64,000 bases of DNA, from positions 14,632,001-14,696,000 of the forward strand of contig OZ360252.1 of the NCBI GenBank assembly GCA_977017645.1, written 5' to 3'. This DNA is from Torpedo marmorata (taxonomy: Eukaryota). This document shows positions 12,312 to 24,939 of the stretch, one piece after another. Under the pieces are notes generated by a model. It ran no database searches. It was given only the letters and a program-made list of their open reading frames with translations, and had not been told where the DNA came from. Made by a program: the position numbers and the translations under genes. Position 1 is the stretch's first letter. Each line of letters begins with the position of its first letter.

Positions 12312-13965
12312 TAAAAACACTAAAATGCTGGAAGAACTCAGCCGGTCTTTCCAGCATCTGTAGGGGACAAAGGTTTATTGCCGACGTTTCGGGCCTGAGC
12401 CCTTCTTCAAGTAAAAATCAGAATAAGGAAGAGGAAGGAAGTTTCAGAAAGTCTCAGAATTCAAACAATGGGGGAGGAATCCAGACCAACAAAATTTGTT
12501 AATTGGATGAGATAAGGGTCTAGGTAAGAATTTATCATGTCTATGCGAAAGGAGACAGGGAATGGAGAGACGACGGGGCAAGAAGGGGGTGGGTTTTTTC
12601 AACGAAAGCCAGAGAAGTCCATATGAATGCCATCAGAAGATGAGGCGTGGTTCCTCCAATTTAGGGGTGGTCTCCGTCTGGCAGTGCATGAGACCATGGA
12701 AAGACATGTCGGAAAGGCAATGGGATGGAGAATTGAAATGGGTGGCCACTGGGAGATCCACGCTATTGCGGTGCACAGAGCTGAGCTGCTCAAAAAAGCG
12801 ATCTCTCCAGTCTGCGCCCAATCTCTGCGATGTAGAGGAGACCACAACGGGAGCACTGGATGAAGTAGATGACCCCTGCAGATTCACAAGTGAAATGTTG
12901 CATCACTTTGAAGGACTGTTTGGGGCCCCGAATGGTGGTGATGGAGGAAGTGTGGGCGCAAGTGGAGCATCTCCTGCAGACACAGGGCTCGGTCCCAAGG
13001 GCACGATTGGTGGGAAGGGAGGAGTGGAAATGGGAGTAACGGAGGGAGCGGCCGTGCGGAAGGCAGAGAGGTGAGGAGAATATGTGTCCAGTGGTGGGAT
13101 CATGTAGTAGGTGACGGAAATGGCGGAGAATGATGTGTTGGATGCGGAGGCTGGTGTGGTGGTTGGTGAGGACAAGGGGAATCCTGTCCTTACTGCGCGT
13201 GGGGACGGAGGGGGCCAGGGCAGATTGCGGGTAATGGAGGATATGCGTGTGAGTGCCGCGTTGATGGTAGTAGAGGGAAAGCCACGTTGTTTGAAGAAAG
13301 AGGACATCTCTAATGATATGGCACCGAAATCCTCATCCTGGAGGCAGATGCGACTGAGACGGAGGATTGGAGAGAATGGGCTCCTCTACATCGGAGAGAC
13401 TGGACGCAGACTGGGAGAACTCTTTATTGAGCACCTCCACTCTGTCTGCCGCAATAGTGTTGATCTCCCAGTAGCCACCCATTTCAATTCTCCATCCCAT
13501 TCCCTTGCCGACATGTCTGTCCATGGTCTCATGCACAGCCAGACTGAGACCACCCGTAAATTGGAGGAACAACACCTCATCTTCCGAATGGGCACCCTCC
13601 AACTGAATGGCATTAATATCGACTTCTCTGGCATTCGTTAGAAAAACCCAACTCCTTCTTCCCCCGACGTCTCTCCATCCCCTGTCTCCTTTCGCACAGA
13701 AATGATAAATTCTAATCTAGACCTTTATCATATCCAATTAACACCTTTTGTTGGTCTGGATTCCTCCCCCATTCTTTGAATTCTGAGACTTTCTGAGACT
13801 TCCTTCTTCTGCCTTACTGATTTTTCGTTGAAGAATGGAACAGGCCCGAAATGTCGGCAATATATCTTTGTCTCCTGTTGATGCTGAAAAGACCGGCTGA
13901 GTTCCTCCAGCATTTCGCTGTGTTTATTACAATCACAGCGTCCGCAGCCTTTCGTGTTTCACTCT
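12312..13965. mobile_element. Penelope-like element with inverted (fold-back) pLTR structure
   Basis: 12312-13370 is the - strand RT C-terminus/GIY-YIG; 13375-13965 is the + strand [12 protein letters not shown]...[15 protein letters not shown]; termini aaatgctggaagaactcagccggtct and its inverted copy. Confidence 0.88.
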
Positions 13966-13999
13966 CATCGTTTACGAGTCAATCAGGAAAGTGTGCAGA

Positions 14000-14835
14000 C
14001 GCTTTGATTGTAGTGCAATGCACAAAGGTGCTGCAGAAACACAACAGGTCACGCGTCATCTGTCGGAAGTAAAGGGCAACCAACGTTTCGGGCCTGAGTC
14101 CTTCGTCAAGGAATAACCAAAAGCAGGTAGGCGCCTGGATACAGGAAAAAAGATGGGGGCAGCAGAGGAGAGGAGGGAAGACGCGGCAGGGGAGGTGCAC
14201 AGGCTAACAGGAAAGAGGACGGTTGGATATGACTTGGAGGGCAGAAGGCAATACAGAGAAGTGATGGAAGAAGTGGGTGATCTCTGATTGGAAAGGGAAG
14301 GGGTGAGGAGCTGGAGGAAAGGAGACAGAGGGATATGGAAATAGAGAAGAGAGACTGGGGAAGGGGCATAAAGCAAAATACAGACGTCAATATTGATGCC
14401 ATCGGGTTGAAATGATCTCCTAATTTGCCTTCAGTCTCTCCAATGTGGAGGACAGGATGTAGTCGATTACCCCTGCCGACTCACTAGTGAAGTGTTCTTT
14501 CACTTGGAAGGACTTCTTAAGGTCCCGAACGGTTGTTACGGACGAAGTGTGGACGCTAGGGTACTATTTCCTTCCGTCACAGGGGTAGGTACCTTGGGGT
14601 TTGCGATACATGGGAAAGGATGAGAGGACGAAGGGGTCCCGGAGGGAGAGGTCCCAGCTGAAGGTAGAGAGGGGAGAAGAGGGGAAGATGTGTCTGGTGA
14701 AGGAATCTAGTTTAAAATGTCGGAAATTGGAGAGTATAATTTGTTGGATGCGGAGGATGGTGGGTGGTATGTGTGGACAAGGGAAATCCACTGCTTGTTG
14801 CGTCTCAGGGCAGAGGGGTCCAGGGCAGATGTGAG
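14000..14835 (-). mobile_element. Penelope-like fragment with pLTR
   Basis: Hammerhead core revcomp cttgacgaaggactcaggcccgaaacgtt (14082-14110); ORF 14564-14791 resembles the Penelope linker (TRHIFPSSPLSTF). Confidence 0.75.
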
Positions 14836-15264
14836 GTTTCGAGAATGATAAACCATTGTTGAAGATACAGAGCGTTAAATTATATCCTCCTCAATATGAA
14901 GTTAGAAGAAGCTAAAATTCAACATAAATCTGATTAAATTATGCTGAATAAATGCAGATGAGCGAATTATTTTCAACGACCGAATTCTTTACTCTACAGA
15001 AAGCATCGAGTGCTTTCCCTATCCAGTGTTCGTATCAGTTCACGTAATCCCATTCAATGCGGAAAGTGATATTACTGCAACTTCTCATTTCCTATTGCAT
15101 TCTGTAGTTAACAACATACGAAATTGATAGATTTCTGCAATTTGCAATTAACATTCACAATTAAATATATTGCCGTCTGCAACTTTCTAAATGAAAACAT
15201 TTTAGTCCGTAGTACTTTTCATTGGAAATGTTGCTGAATCATATTCAGTGTCGGAAAATTAGAC

Positions 15265-15570
15265 TTCTGAGAAATACGGCAAGGGAATAGTCCGTTCGGC
15301 CCTTCGAATAAGCAAGGATCCATAACCACCCAACTATAAATTAATCTATTATTTTCCACAATTCTCAGCGCCTCCCTGCAGATTCTGCCACACAAACATA
15401 TAAAACATAGAACTTCGAGTGGTCAGTTAATCTATTATAACACTTGTCTTTCGGTTGAGGGAGAAAACTCAGAGCACAGAGCAAAAACACAGGGCCACAC
15501 GGAGAGCGTGTAAAATCCACACAGATGGTAGCTGAGGGCAAGACTGACTCTCTCGTCTCTGGGACACTGC
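15265..15570 (-). mobile_element. V-SINE remnant (paralog of 9150-9460)
   Basis: gagcaaaaacacagggccacacggagagcgtgtaaaatccacac shared with 9370-9415. Confidence 0.6.
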
Positions 15571-15884
15571 AGAAGAGACAGGAATTGTTGGAAATTTATT
15601 ATAAGCATCTTTTTTCAGTTATTTTGTGACGAAAGATGATATTCGCTTATACATTATGACATGAAGACTGTGAACGAGAGATTGCACAAGTCATAAATCT
15701 GCACAATTGCTTTGCTGGAAAAATTGAGGCGTCTCGGGAGGATGTAAACACTCCCACTCAAAATTCCCTTTGGCGTTTCAGAGGCATCTGGAAATATGTT
15801 AATCATTACCATATTGGCTTCTTTGGGGAAACAGGTGATAATTAGCCTGAAAAATCAACAGCTGGTCTCATGCGTCGGGAATCC

Positions 15885-18088
15885 CACCCTTCTTCTCCAC
15901 CCTCGGACCTCCCCAACCCTCCCCCTCCCCCCAACACCCTCCACAACACCGATCCCACTCTAACCCCTGCTTGGTTTTAACTATCCCCTCTGACCTTCCC
16001 CTCTCTGAGACGGAGCGCTCAGTCCTCAGTAGAGGCCTCACCATCGGCCCCTCCGCCAACACCTCTACGAGTTCCGTGCACGCCGCGATGCCGAACTATT
16101 CTTCCGTCGCCCCCACCTCCGGGCTCACTTCCATGACCGTGACCCTGCACCCCCCACCCAAGACGCTTTCTCCCGCTTCAAGCCTTCTTCCTCTTCCTGG
16201 ACACATCGTCCTGGCCAGCTTCCCGCTCTGGGCCTTTTTATTTCCAACTGCCGCCGATACAGCACCGTATCAAATTCACCACCCCCCTCTCGTATTCCAA
16301 CCTCACCTCCTCAGAACGCTCTGCCCTCCACCCTATCTGCAATAATCCAAACCTCACCATCAAACCCACAGAAAAGGGCGGTGCGGTTGTGGTCTGGCGC
16401 ATTGACCTCTGCCTTGCCGAGGCCAGTCGACAGCTCTCAGACACATCATCCTCCCGACCCCTCCCACAGGACCCCACCACTGCACATCAAGCCACTGTCT
16501 CCAACACCATCTCAAGCCTCATCACATCCGGTCACCTCCCCTCCAGGGCCACCAATCTCATTCTCTCCCACCCCCGCACTGCCCGTTTCTACCTTCTACC
16601 CAAGATACACAAACCCCACCATCCTGGCAGACCCATTGTTTCTGCCTGCTCCTGCCCCACCGAACTAGTTTCATCTTACCTTGACTCCATCTTTTCTCCC
16701 CAGGTCCAATCCCTCCCCACCTACATCCACGACACCTCACATGCCCTCCATCTCCTCAATGACTTCAGATTCCCTGAAGCGCACCGCATCATCTTCACTA
16801 TGGATGTCCAATCCCTTTATTCCTCGGTCACCCACACAGAAGGTCTAAAAGCACTTCGCTTCTTCCTGGACTAAAAGCCCATTCAGTCACCCTCTACCAC
16901 CAACCTCCTCTGACTGGCAGAACTTGTCCTCACTCTCAATAACTTCTCCTTTAACTCATCCCACTTCCTCCAAATCAAAGGAGTAGCCATGGGTACCCAC
17001 ATGGGTCCCAGCGTTACCTGCCTGTTTGAGGGGTTTGTGGAGCAATCCATGCTGCAAGTCGACACAGGCAAGACCCCTCATCTCTTCCTCCGGTATATCG
17101 ACGACTACATCGGGGCTGCCTCATGCACCCGCGATGAGCTTGTCAACTTCATCCACTTCGCGTCCAACTTCCACCCCGATCTCAAACTCACCTGGTCCAT
17201 CTCCGACAACACTCTCCCCTTCATGGATCTCTATATCTCCATCTCGGGAGACAAGCTTTCTGCTAACATTTACTACAAACCACCCAACTCCCACAACTAT
17301 CTGGACTACACTTCCTCACACCCTGTCCCCTGCAAGGATTCCATACCCTTCTCTCAATTTATCCATCTCCGCTGCATCTGTTCCCAAGATGAGGTCTTCC
17401 AGTCCAGATATTCTGAAATGTCTGCCTTCGCCCACACCTCCTCCCTCACCAGGGTCCGGGGCCCCAAACAGGCCTTTCAAGTGAAGCGAAACTTCACTTG
17501 CACATCTAGAGAACTTACTTACTGCATCCGGTGCTCCCTTTGTGGCATTCCCCACATCGGAGAGACCGGTTGTAGATTGGGAGATCGCTTCGCTGAGCAC
17601 CTCCTCTCCGTCCGCAACAACAGCTACCTCCCAGTAGCCAGCCATTTCAATTCCGAGTCACACTCCCACACTTACATGTCTGTCCATGGCCCTATGTACT
17701 ATCCCACCCATACCACCCGCAAATTGGAGGAACAACACCTTATTATCCGTCTGGGAACTCTCCAACCAGATGGCATTAACATTGACCTTTCTGCTTTCCA
17801 CTAAACCTGCTTGCAATTTCGTTCCCCTCCCCCCTCACCTGTCCTTCCATTTTTTTTCCACCCACCCAGCCATCCCTCCTCCCCCTCTTTGCTGCTGTCC
17901 CATCCCTCCTTTCTCCAACTATCATCTCCTGCCTTGGCCACACCCCCTTCTTTTTCGGACGCCTGCCGTTATTTTCTCATAATTTGATGAAGAGATCAAG
18001 CCCGAAACGTCGGTTATGTATTTCTCCCTTTGCTACATAAAATACACTGTTTGACCTGCTGAGTTTCTCCAGAATTTGTGTGTTTTAC
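15885..18088 (+). mobile_element. Penelope-like retroelement (RT + GIY-YIG, probably Neptune-like), degenerate
   Basis: [56 protein letters not shown]; stops and an internal deletion; pLTR with hammerhead core at 17984-18011. Confidence 0.93.
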
Positions 18089-19019
18089 TGCTCCATTTTT
18101 GGCAGATTGAGTACAAATGTGAACTTTCAGCATAGAACGCAAGAGGGCGCTGTGAATGAGGTTTCTCAGAACGAGGTATCCTTGTTGAAGATGTTTTATT
18201 GATTGAGTGATAAACCATTACACCAAGCTAAAAAATGTAAAACTATGCAAAATAGAATAATGATATAAAAATGCCGCTGAAGGTAATCTGACATGCCAGT
18301 TTCCTCACTCTACAGAAAGCAACAGGATCTTCCCCAGGCACAGTGTATTCCTGTTTGTGTGATTGTGTCGAGTCAACAGGAAATCGGGCTTTCTGACGTT
18401 AGTTCAGAACCGGCCACGTGAGGTTCCGTGTTGTTAACAACCTCCCTTCCACCAGTAGCTTTAAAGACTAGAAAGCTTTGGTCAGCTTTCCACTCTGGGA
18501 AAACACGGGGTGTGATGATGCACATTTATAGCCAGTGAAACCCAGAACATGGCATTAATACATAATCAATAATGAAGAGGGTTTAAAGTAGAATACTTGG
18601 AAGCATAGAGGCCGGATAAAGGCTCTTCACCGCCTTTTGAAAGGTTTTTGTGTGTTGAACATGTTGATCTAAGTTGAAAGTCACTGGTAATTCCACCGAG
18701 GCATTAATTCATGCAGAACAGGAACAATCCCTTTGTGCGACATCTCGATGTTGACCATCAAGTACCAATCTATAATTATCTTCATCACCAGCACTTGCTC
18801 TTATGTAAATCTACTCCATCAATTGATTCTGAATTTTTATAAGAGTACTTGCATCCAGCACACCTGCACTTATCCAAATTTGTTCCAGGTTGCAATTACA
18901 CTCCAGACGAAAACAAATCTTCATCCGATTTCTCCCAAACTGCATCCACCTTATGTCAATCCCATGCTGTCTTGTCTGTGAATCCTCTGGCACTCGGACA
19001 TTTTGTTGCTATCTACGTT

Positions 19020-19600
19020 GTCTGTGTCTGATATAATTTTGTGCACATCTATCAGGTCCCCACATTGCCTCCTCTGCTCCAAGGAAATCACACAAGCCTA
19101 TCCAGTCTTTCTTCATAATTAATAAATTGCATCTCGAGGCACCATGCTGATTAATCTTTTTTGCACCCTCTGCAGCGCCATCACATTCTTTCTATCGCGT
19201 GCCAACTGTACCTGTATGCCACAGTCTAGCTGTGGCCCAGAAGATGCTTTATAAAGTTCATCTCACTTCTCCTCTCATCTGTGTCCCAACCAATGAATGC
19301 AAGCGATTTTGCGTGCTTTCTTCACCACTCTATTTACCTGTGCTACCAACTGCAGTGCACTTGGGCTTGTACACCAAGTCCGCTTATTCCCATCTGTACG
19401 CTCGATATCCGTGCTATTCATGATATATGTTCGGGCTCTCATCATGTATCCTGCTCACTTGTTAGGCTTAATTCAATTCTAACATTTCCCTGCCCAATCT
19501 TTGAGCTGGTTAATTTAGCTCTCTATTCAAAGACCACCCTCCTCACTATTTAAACCACCACCAATTGACATGCGATCGACGTTTACCCACAATATCTCAT
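19020..19600 (-). mobile_element. CR1 LINE remnant
   Basis: ataattttgtgcacatctatcaggtccccacattgcctcctctgctccaaggaa is the reverse complement of a CR1 ORF2 3' region. Confidence 0.6.
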
Positions 19601-20349
19601 AAAGTAACTCATTTCCACTGCATGTACAGATATCAGACGACGAAGAGAGGGTGACAAGCGTGTTGGGGGAACAAGAGATTGACATTGTGCAGGAAAATGT
19701 TAAAATTACATGATCTAAGAGAGGGTAAGCAAGGAACATTCAGAACATTCCTCGTTTCCCCGAGTCTCACCATTTCTTCTCGCACTACATAATCAAAGTA
19801 CCAGAATAAATCAATCAAATTACATAAGACTCATTTAAATTATTTAGAAAAAATATAATACAATCACAAATCATGAATATAACCAACCAACCTTAAGTCT
19901 TAACTTTCTTATTTGGTGGTGAAATGTCTGCCAGTCAAAAGAATGGGTTTGTCCAAAGTGGTGCAAGTTCAGGGAGTAGATTCCCATGTGAGACTGCTGG
20001 GAAGTTTCTGCAAGCTGCTGTTTCGCCAGGCGTCAGATTTCCCGATTACATCACTGCAGGGAAAGGTGATAAGGTGGTTGGAGAATCATTCATCCATCAT
20101 GGTCTGACCATCACAAGTTTTGTGGATGATTAAGTAGTGTCTGCAGATTGCCCTTATTGTAGTTGCGTGGTTGGGAAATAAAAGTAATTGATGGACAAGT
20201 GAGAAATACGTTGGTGGAAAATATGTTAGTGGAAAATAAGTGGGAAATTGCAACTGATGAGAATACCCTGCATGAACACATATTTTTCATAGTCATATAA
20301 AATATTGAAGCATAAATCCCACTCTCATGGCCCAAATTTTTACAAACCG

Positions 20350-20550
20350 CCCACAGATTCTACCACTCTACAGAGGTGCTCGTCTTTGAAATGTTGGCAG
20401 AAACAGGAACACCTGTAGAAACCTCACGATGTCCCAAGGAGAAAGTACAAACTTCTCACAGGCAGCAGACGAAGGTCAGGATTGTCCCTGTGTCTCCTGG
20501 AAGTGTGGGGAATTTGAATGATGAAACTACGAGGTGCACCACTGGGCCAT
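20350..20550 (-). mobile_element. V-SINE remnant
   Basis: gaaacaggaacacctgtagaaacctcac...ggagaaagtacaaact is the reverse complement of the V-domain. Confidence 0.5.
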
Positions 20551-20784
20551 TCATAATTCGACTGAATAATACCTCATTTTCTCCAAAGAAAATACGGGAC
20601 TATAATTGTGTTCCCATGTTGCTGCTTGCTTGTGTTCATTTGCAATGGTTGTGTTCCTTTCAGTGATCAATTGGCTGTATAGGTTTCGGCTCTTCAAGCA
20701 CTAACTTTGTGTAATAGGCGCTAAGCAATTCATTCTGAGTAAATGTAAGTATCTCCAAGCAATACCCTATTCATACACTTTGAT

Positions 20785-20960
20785 GTTATTTTTTTAAAAA
20801 ATAATTTTATTTAACTTTTAAAATCACAAAATACATGAATCAAAAATAGTATATCATTCAAAATACATGTGATATATTACCTCCCCCCTTCCCACCCTTC
20901 CCTCCCCAACCCTCCCACACTATTCTAATAAAAAAAGGGGGAAAGAGTAAAAAAAAAGAG
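20785..20960 (-). mobile_element. L1-clade 3' end (T-rich start, C-rich tract)
   Basis: ttttattt...aaaatcacaaaatacat...gtgatatattacctcccccc mirrors the 3' UTR at 58260-58390. Confidence 0.6.
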
Positions 20961-21424
20961 GTATACTTTGATGTTATTTACAGGACATGCAGAAATGATG
21001 CCAGTCCTAACAAAAGTGCACAGATATAACCAGTTGGGTGGTTCAGGTCCCAAGTTTGTTTATATTTCTTCACCTGCAGAAGGTATATGATGGATTTGTT
21101 AAATATTCCACAAAATATGTGTGCTTCACCAAAGAATTTCTTTTTTTACAAATATTAGTGAACTGATTTTGGCATCTGTGGCATACTTGGCATTGTCAAA
21201 TATAGTTAAACATGATTTATGATATCGAACATGTGGTGAAAGTGTTAACTCTACTTGTTTATTCATTGACCATGATGAATTCCATTCCTATGGACTTCAA
21301 ATACACGTTATATACAGGGTTTTGTTCAATGCATTATCGACGAGTGCCTATGAGAACATCATCTCTGGCACACAGGGATCGGCAACTCTTCAGATAGGGA
21401 AGAAAAACTCGTTCTAATAGAAAA

Positions 21425-21548
21425 ATGGTGGTGTCCAGTTTTACAATAGACCGCAGTCATCCAATTCCAATAGTCATTCAGATATTGTTAACACTTTGGG
21501 ATATACAGATGGTTTACTATCCTCTCCTTGCTGCTGTTGGTATCCCAG
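21425..21548 (+). CDS. GPR139-like class A GPCR, coding exon 1 (N-terminus and start of TM1)
   Basis: MVVSSFTIDRSHPIPIVIQILLTLWDIQMVYYPLLAAVGIP, then canonical donor CAG|gtaagt, phase 1. Confidence 0.85.
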
Positions 21549-22185
21549 GTAAGTATTTTTATCCAGTTATGAATTTTCAAACAATGTTTAAACACCAATC
21601 CATTGTTAGAATTTAGTTCTGGCAAATCAGTTAATTTAAATTCAGGGTCCCTTCTAATAAGTGCGGTACATTTCATTGTTACTGAAGTAGAGGTATGCCA
21701 AAGATACTGATCCCCATGCAAGCTGCATTGGCAATGCAAAGACTTGCAGATATCTACAGGCAGGAATACTGCGGAGAATACAACATAAAGTTTTGATTGT
21801 GTTCAAGAACTTGCTTTGAAGGCAGTCATTTGTGGATTGAATTAAGACCAGAATTCAGTCTCATGGACCCACTCTTGCACACATTTGTGACAGGTGGTTA
21901 CTTTGTGTTGCTTGTCGTGTATTAGTCTCTTCCTTACTGAATATGTAGTGAATTAGTCTATTCCTTACTGATTCAGTAAGGAATACACGAATACAGTACA
22001 CATATATATTTCCCTATTTGTTCTCGGTTAAAATGTAAAATCCAGTCTCCTGCAGAAAATATAGTGCCATGTAGAAGAATAATGTCTTTCTTTTGGGCAG
22101 ACAAGCAGAGTTGTAAATCACTCAACATAAAATTGTTGCCTTTAACTGCCTGATCTCTAATCACTCTCTCCTCTTTTCTTTACAG

Positions 22186-23077
22186 TTAACTTGGTGACTA
22201 TTTTTATCTTGTCACGAAGAAGATGTGGTCTTTCCAAATGTGTAATTTTATACATGCTGGCCATGGCAACCTCAGATCTACTGACCATTATCATCGATCT
22301 TGTATTGAGGCATATTCCAATTATTTATCAGCTTCAATTTCTATTGTACATCCCTCTGTGCAATATTCATGCTGTCTTGCTTTATGCAGTCATAGATTGT
22401 TCTGTCTGGTTCACTGTAATGTTTACCATTGATCGATTTGTGGCCATTTGTCGTGAGAAAATAAAAGTTAAATATTGTACCGAAAAGGCAGCAGTGACGA
22501 TTTTAGCAACGGTTGCTGTTCTATCCCTTTTAAAAAACGTAATTTGGTATTTTGTATATACAGGTATGGATTGGCTTTTAAATGATCCTTGGTTTTGTGT
22601 CGTAAGAGATGGCAATCGGAATTCACGTATCTGGGGAGCGATTGAATTCCTTCATTTTTTCTAACACCTGGGCTTCCATTTATTCTTATTCTGCTACTCA
22701 ATGCATTGACCGTCAGACACATTTTAGCGGCCAGCAAAGCCCGCAGGAGAATAAGAAATCTGGGCAACGGGGAACCCCGAAAGGACACAGAGATGGATAA
22801 CCGAAGGAAATCTATCGTTTTATTATTTGTTATCTCGGGGAACTTTATCATATTATGGGTGGTATTTATGGCGTATTCTATTTGGCGACGAATGAGATAT
22901 TTAGGCTTGACGTCTGTAAATGTACCTTTCTTTGTGCGGGAAATGGGGTTCATACTCCAACTCCTGTCGTGCTGCACAAACACTTGTATTTATGCCGTGA
23001 CCCAAAATAAATTTAGGAACCAATTCATGGACGTTGTCAAATACCCTTTTACACTAATTGTCAAAATCGCTAAATGA
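22186..23077 (+). CDS. GPR139-like class A GPCR, coding exon 2 (TM1-TM7); 1-bp frameshift at 22655-22660 (pseudogene or assembly error)
   Basis: Acceptor ctcttttctttacag| gives VNLVTIFILSRRRCGLSKC..LAMATSDLL..SVWFTVMFTIDRFVAIC..; shifted frame gives LTPGLPFILILLLNALTVRHIL..RRKSIVLLF..LLSCCTNTCIYAVTQNKFR..stop; ~338 aa if one T is restored. Confidence 0.9.
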
Positions 23078-24939
23078 TAGAATTAATGCAAATTCTTCCA
23101 GCATCCACCCCCTCGCCAATCGCCTGAAATGAGCCGTGCACGCAGGAGATACCAAGTGCCATTTTAAAGTGGTCATAAAGACCATCCCACCTCTTCTTGG
23201 TTCTCCAGTTTCCTCCCACGTGAGTAATTTAATAGTAAATTGTCAGTGAGTGGTAGAATGTAGGGTAATAATGCGAACTTTAGGAGAATAATGAGTGTGT
23301 GATCAGTGTAAATTAATATTTGATTGTAGGCGCAGACAATAGGCAAAAAATCTATGTATATTCTACATGACTCGTTTCTGTGTGTTTTTATGCAGAATCG
23401 CAGAAAGCCTGTCAATTCATATCTAGTTGACAATTGCAAATTATGAAAACAATTCCTTTTGGATGAAAGTAGTTCTCCTTTCGGGATTCGCAACTAGAGT
23501 TTAATTCTGTTGATAATCTACTTTAATAATTCATGGTTTTTTTCTGATTTAATGAACTATTTTCAAAAATATCGATAGAAACTGAATTGTAGAATTCACA
23601 CGCTTTTGGCATTGCAATGTAGATTATTAATGGAAACGTATACCCAAACATTTTACATATCTGAATGATGGATGTGCCCTTTTTTATAGCAATAAAGTAA
23701 TATTATAGATTAACACCAAAAAATGCAAAAAGACAGAACGAAAGTAAAGATAGGCATTAATGGTTGACCAGAATACGGAGCAAGTGGAAGCGTGCTGGAC
23801 AGACTCCACTTATATCATTGGACACTGCAAAATACTTTGCATAAAACCTTGGGAAATAGTTTTCCAACCACCTTATTCTTTCTGAATTTGGTAGTGTTGG
23901 CAAGATCAGTTTTTATTCATCACACCTACTTATACTTGAGAATGTGCTGGCGAGTTCTTTTTCTGCGTGTTCGATGAGGTATTTGAAAAAGTTATATTTT
24001 GTTTCAATTTCGAGAAAAGGCTTAGGAGTTATATGCACTTAATGTATTTCCGAAACTAAAGCACTTTTTTTATAAAGCAGCAGAATTAATTGAATTGAAC
24101 CTTTATTATCTGAGTGTCAAAGAGAAAAGGCATCTTCCTCTGAAGTAAAACTGTTATACTTTCCATCCAAGGTTATTTCTGAACTTCAGGAACGTATTTT
24201 TATTGTAGTGGCAACCTGAGAGTGTCCGTCCACTGTGTAATCTGAAATTTTATATTATTTCAATACTTGGAAAACGGGAATTTCCGTCTATTGTTATCTA
24301 AATAGCAACTTCTCCAACAAGAAGCAGGAGACAACAATTCTCAAGGCAGGACTGGAGTTACACTGATGGCACACAGTTTATTGAAGATATTAATGTGCTC
24401 GGTGGGACATAGTTGGAAACATGTTTTTTTATAATAAGTTGAATCGAACACTTTATTTGAAGGTTACAATGACAGACATGAATCAGCTCATTATTTTAAA
24501 ACCTTGCATCAGCTGGCATATTCTACAGATTATACATTAATTACCCTGATTGTGGAAAATTATTTAATAATTTAAAAATATCAAAACAATAACAGTGGTC
24601 ATGAAAGTTATCGTCCATATATATTGTTCTCGCATTGAGCTCCCGAGCAATCAAAGTGGTTGCTGTTTTCGTATATCGTGGATTTTCATGCATTTTCTTT
24701 ATTTAGGAAAAATGATGAGCAAATCAAATGCACAATTCGATCTGAAACATAAATGACGTTACTTAAATTTTTACATATACAATGTGAGTGTTCAATGGTT
24801 ACTGAACATCACGCATACTTATTGCATGGCTGTAAAGAAAGGCGTCACAATATCGACAGACCATTAACTAGTGACAGTCGGATGCCTTAAGCATCTACAT
24901 ATGGATATCAAAAAGATTTACTAAGGGTAAATTCGATGC

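Noticed and set aside
10191-18690. V(D)J recombination signals (cacagtg at ~10191 and ~18340; ggtttttgt at ~18643)
   Set aside because: No heptamer-nonamer pair with a good 12/23 spacer, and no V/J coding segments
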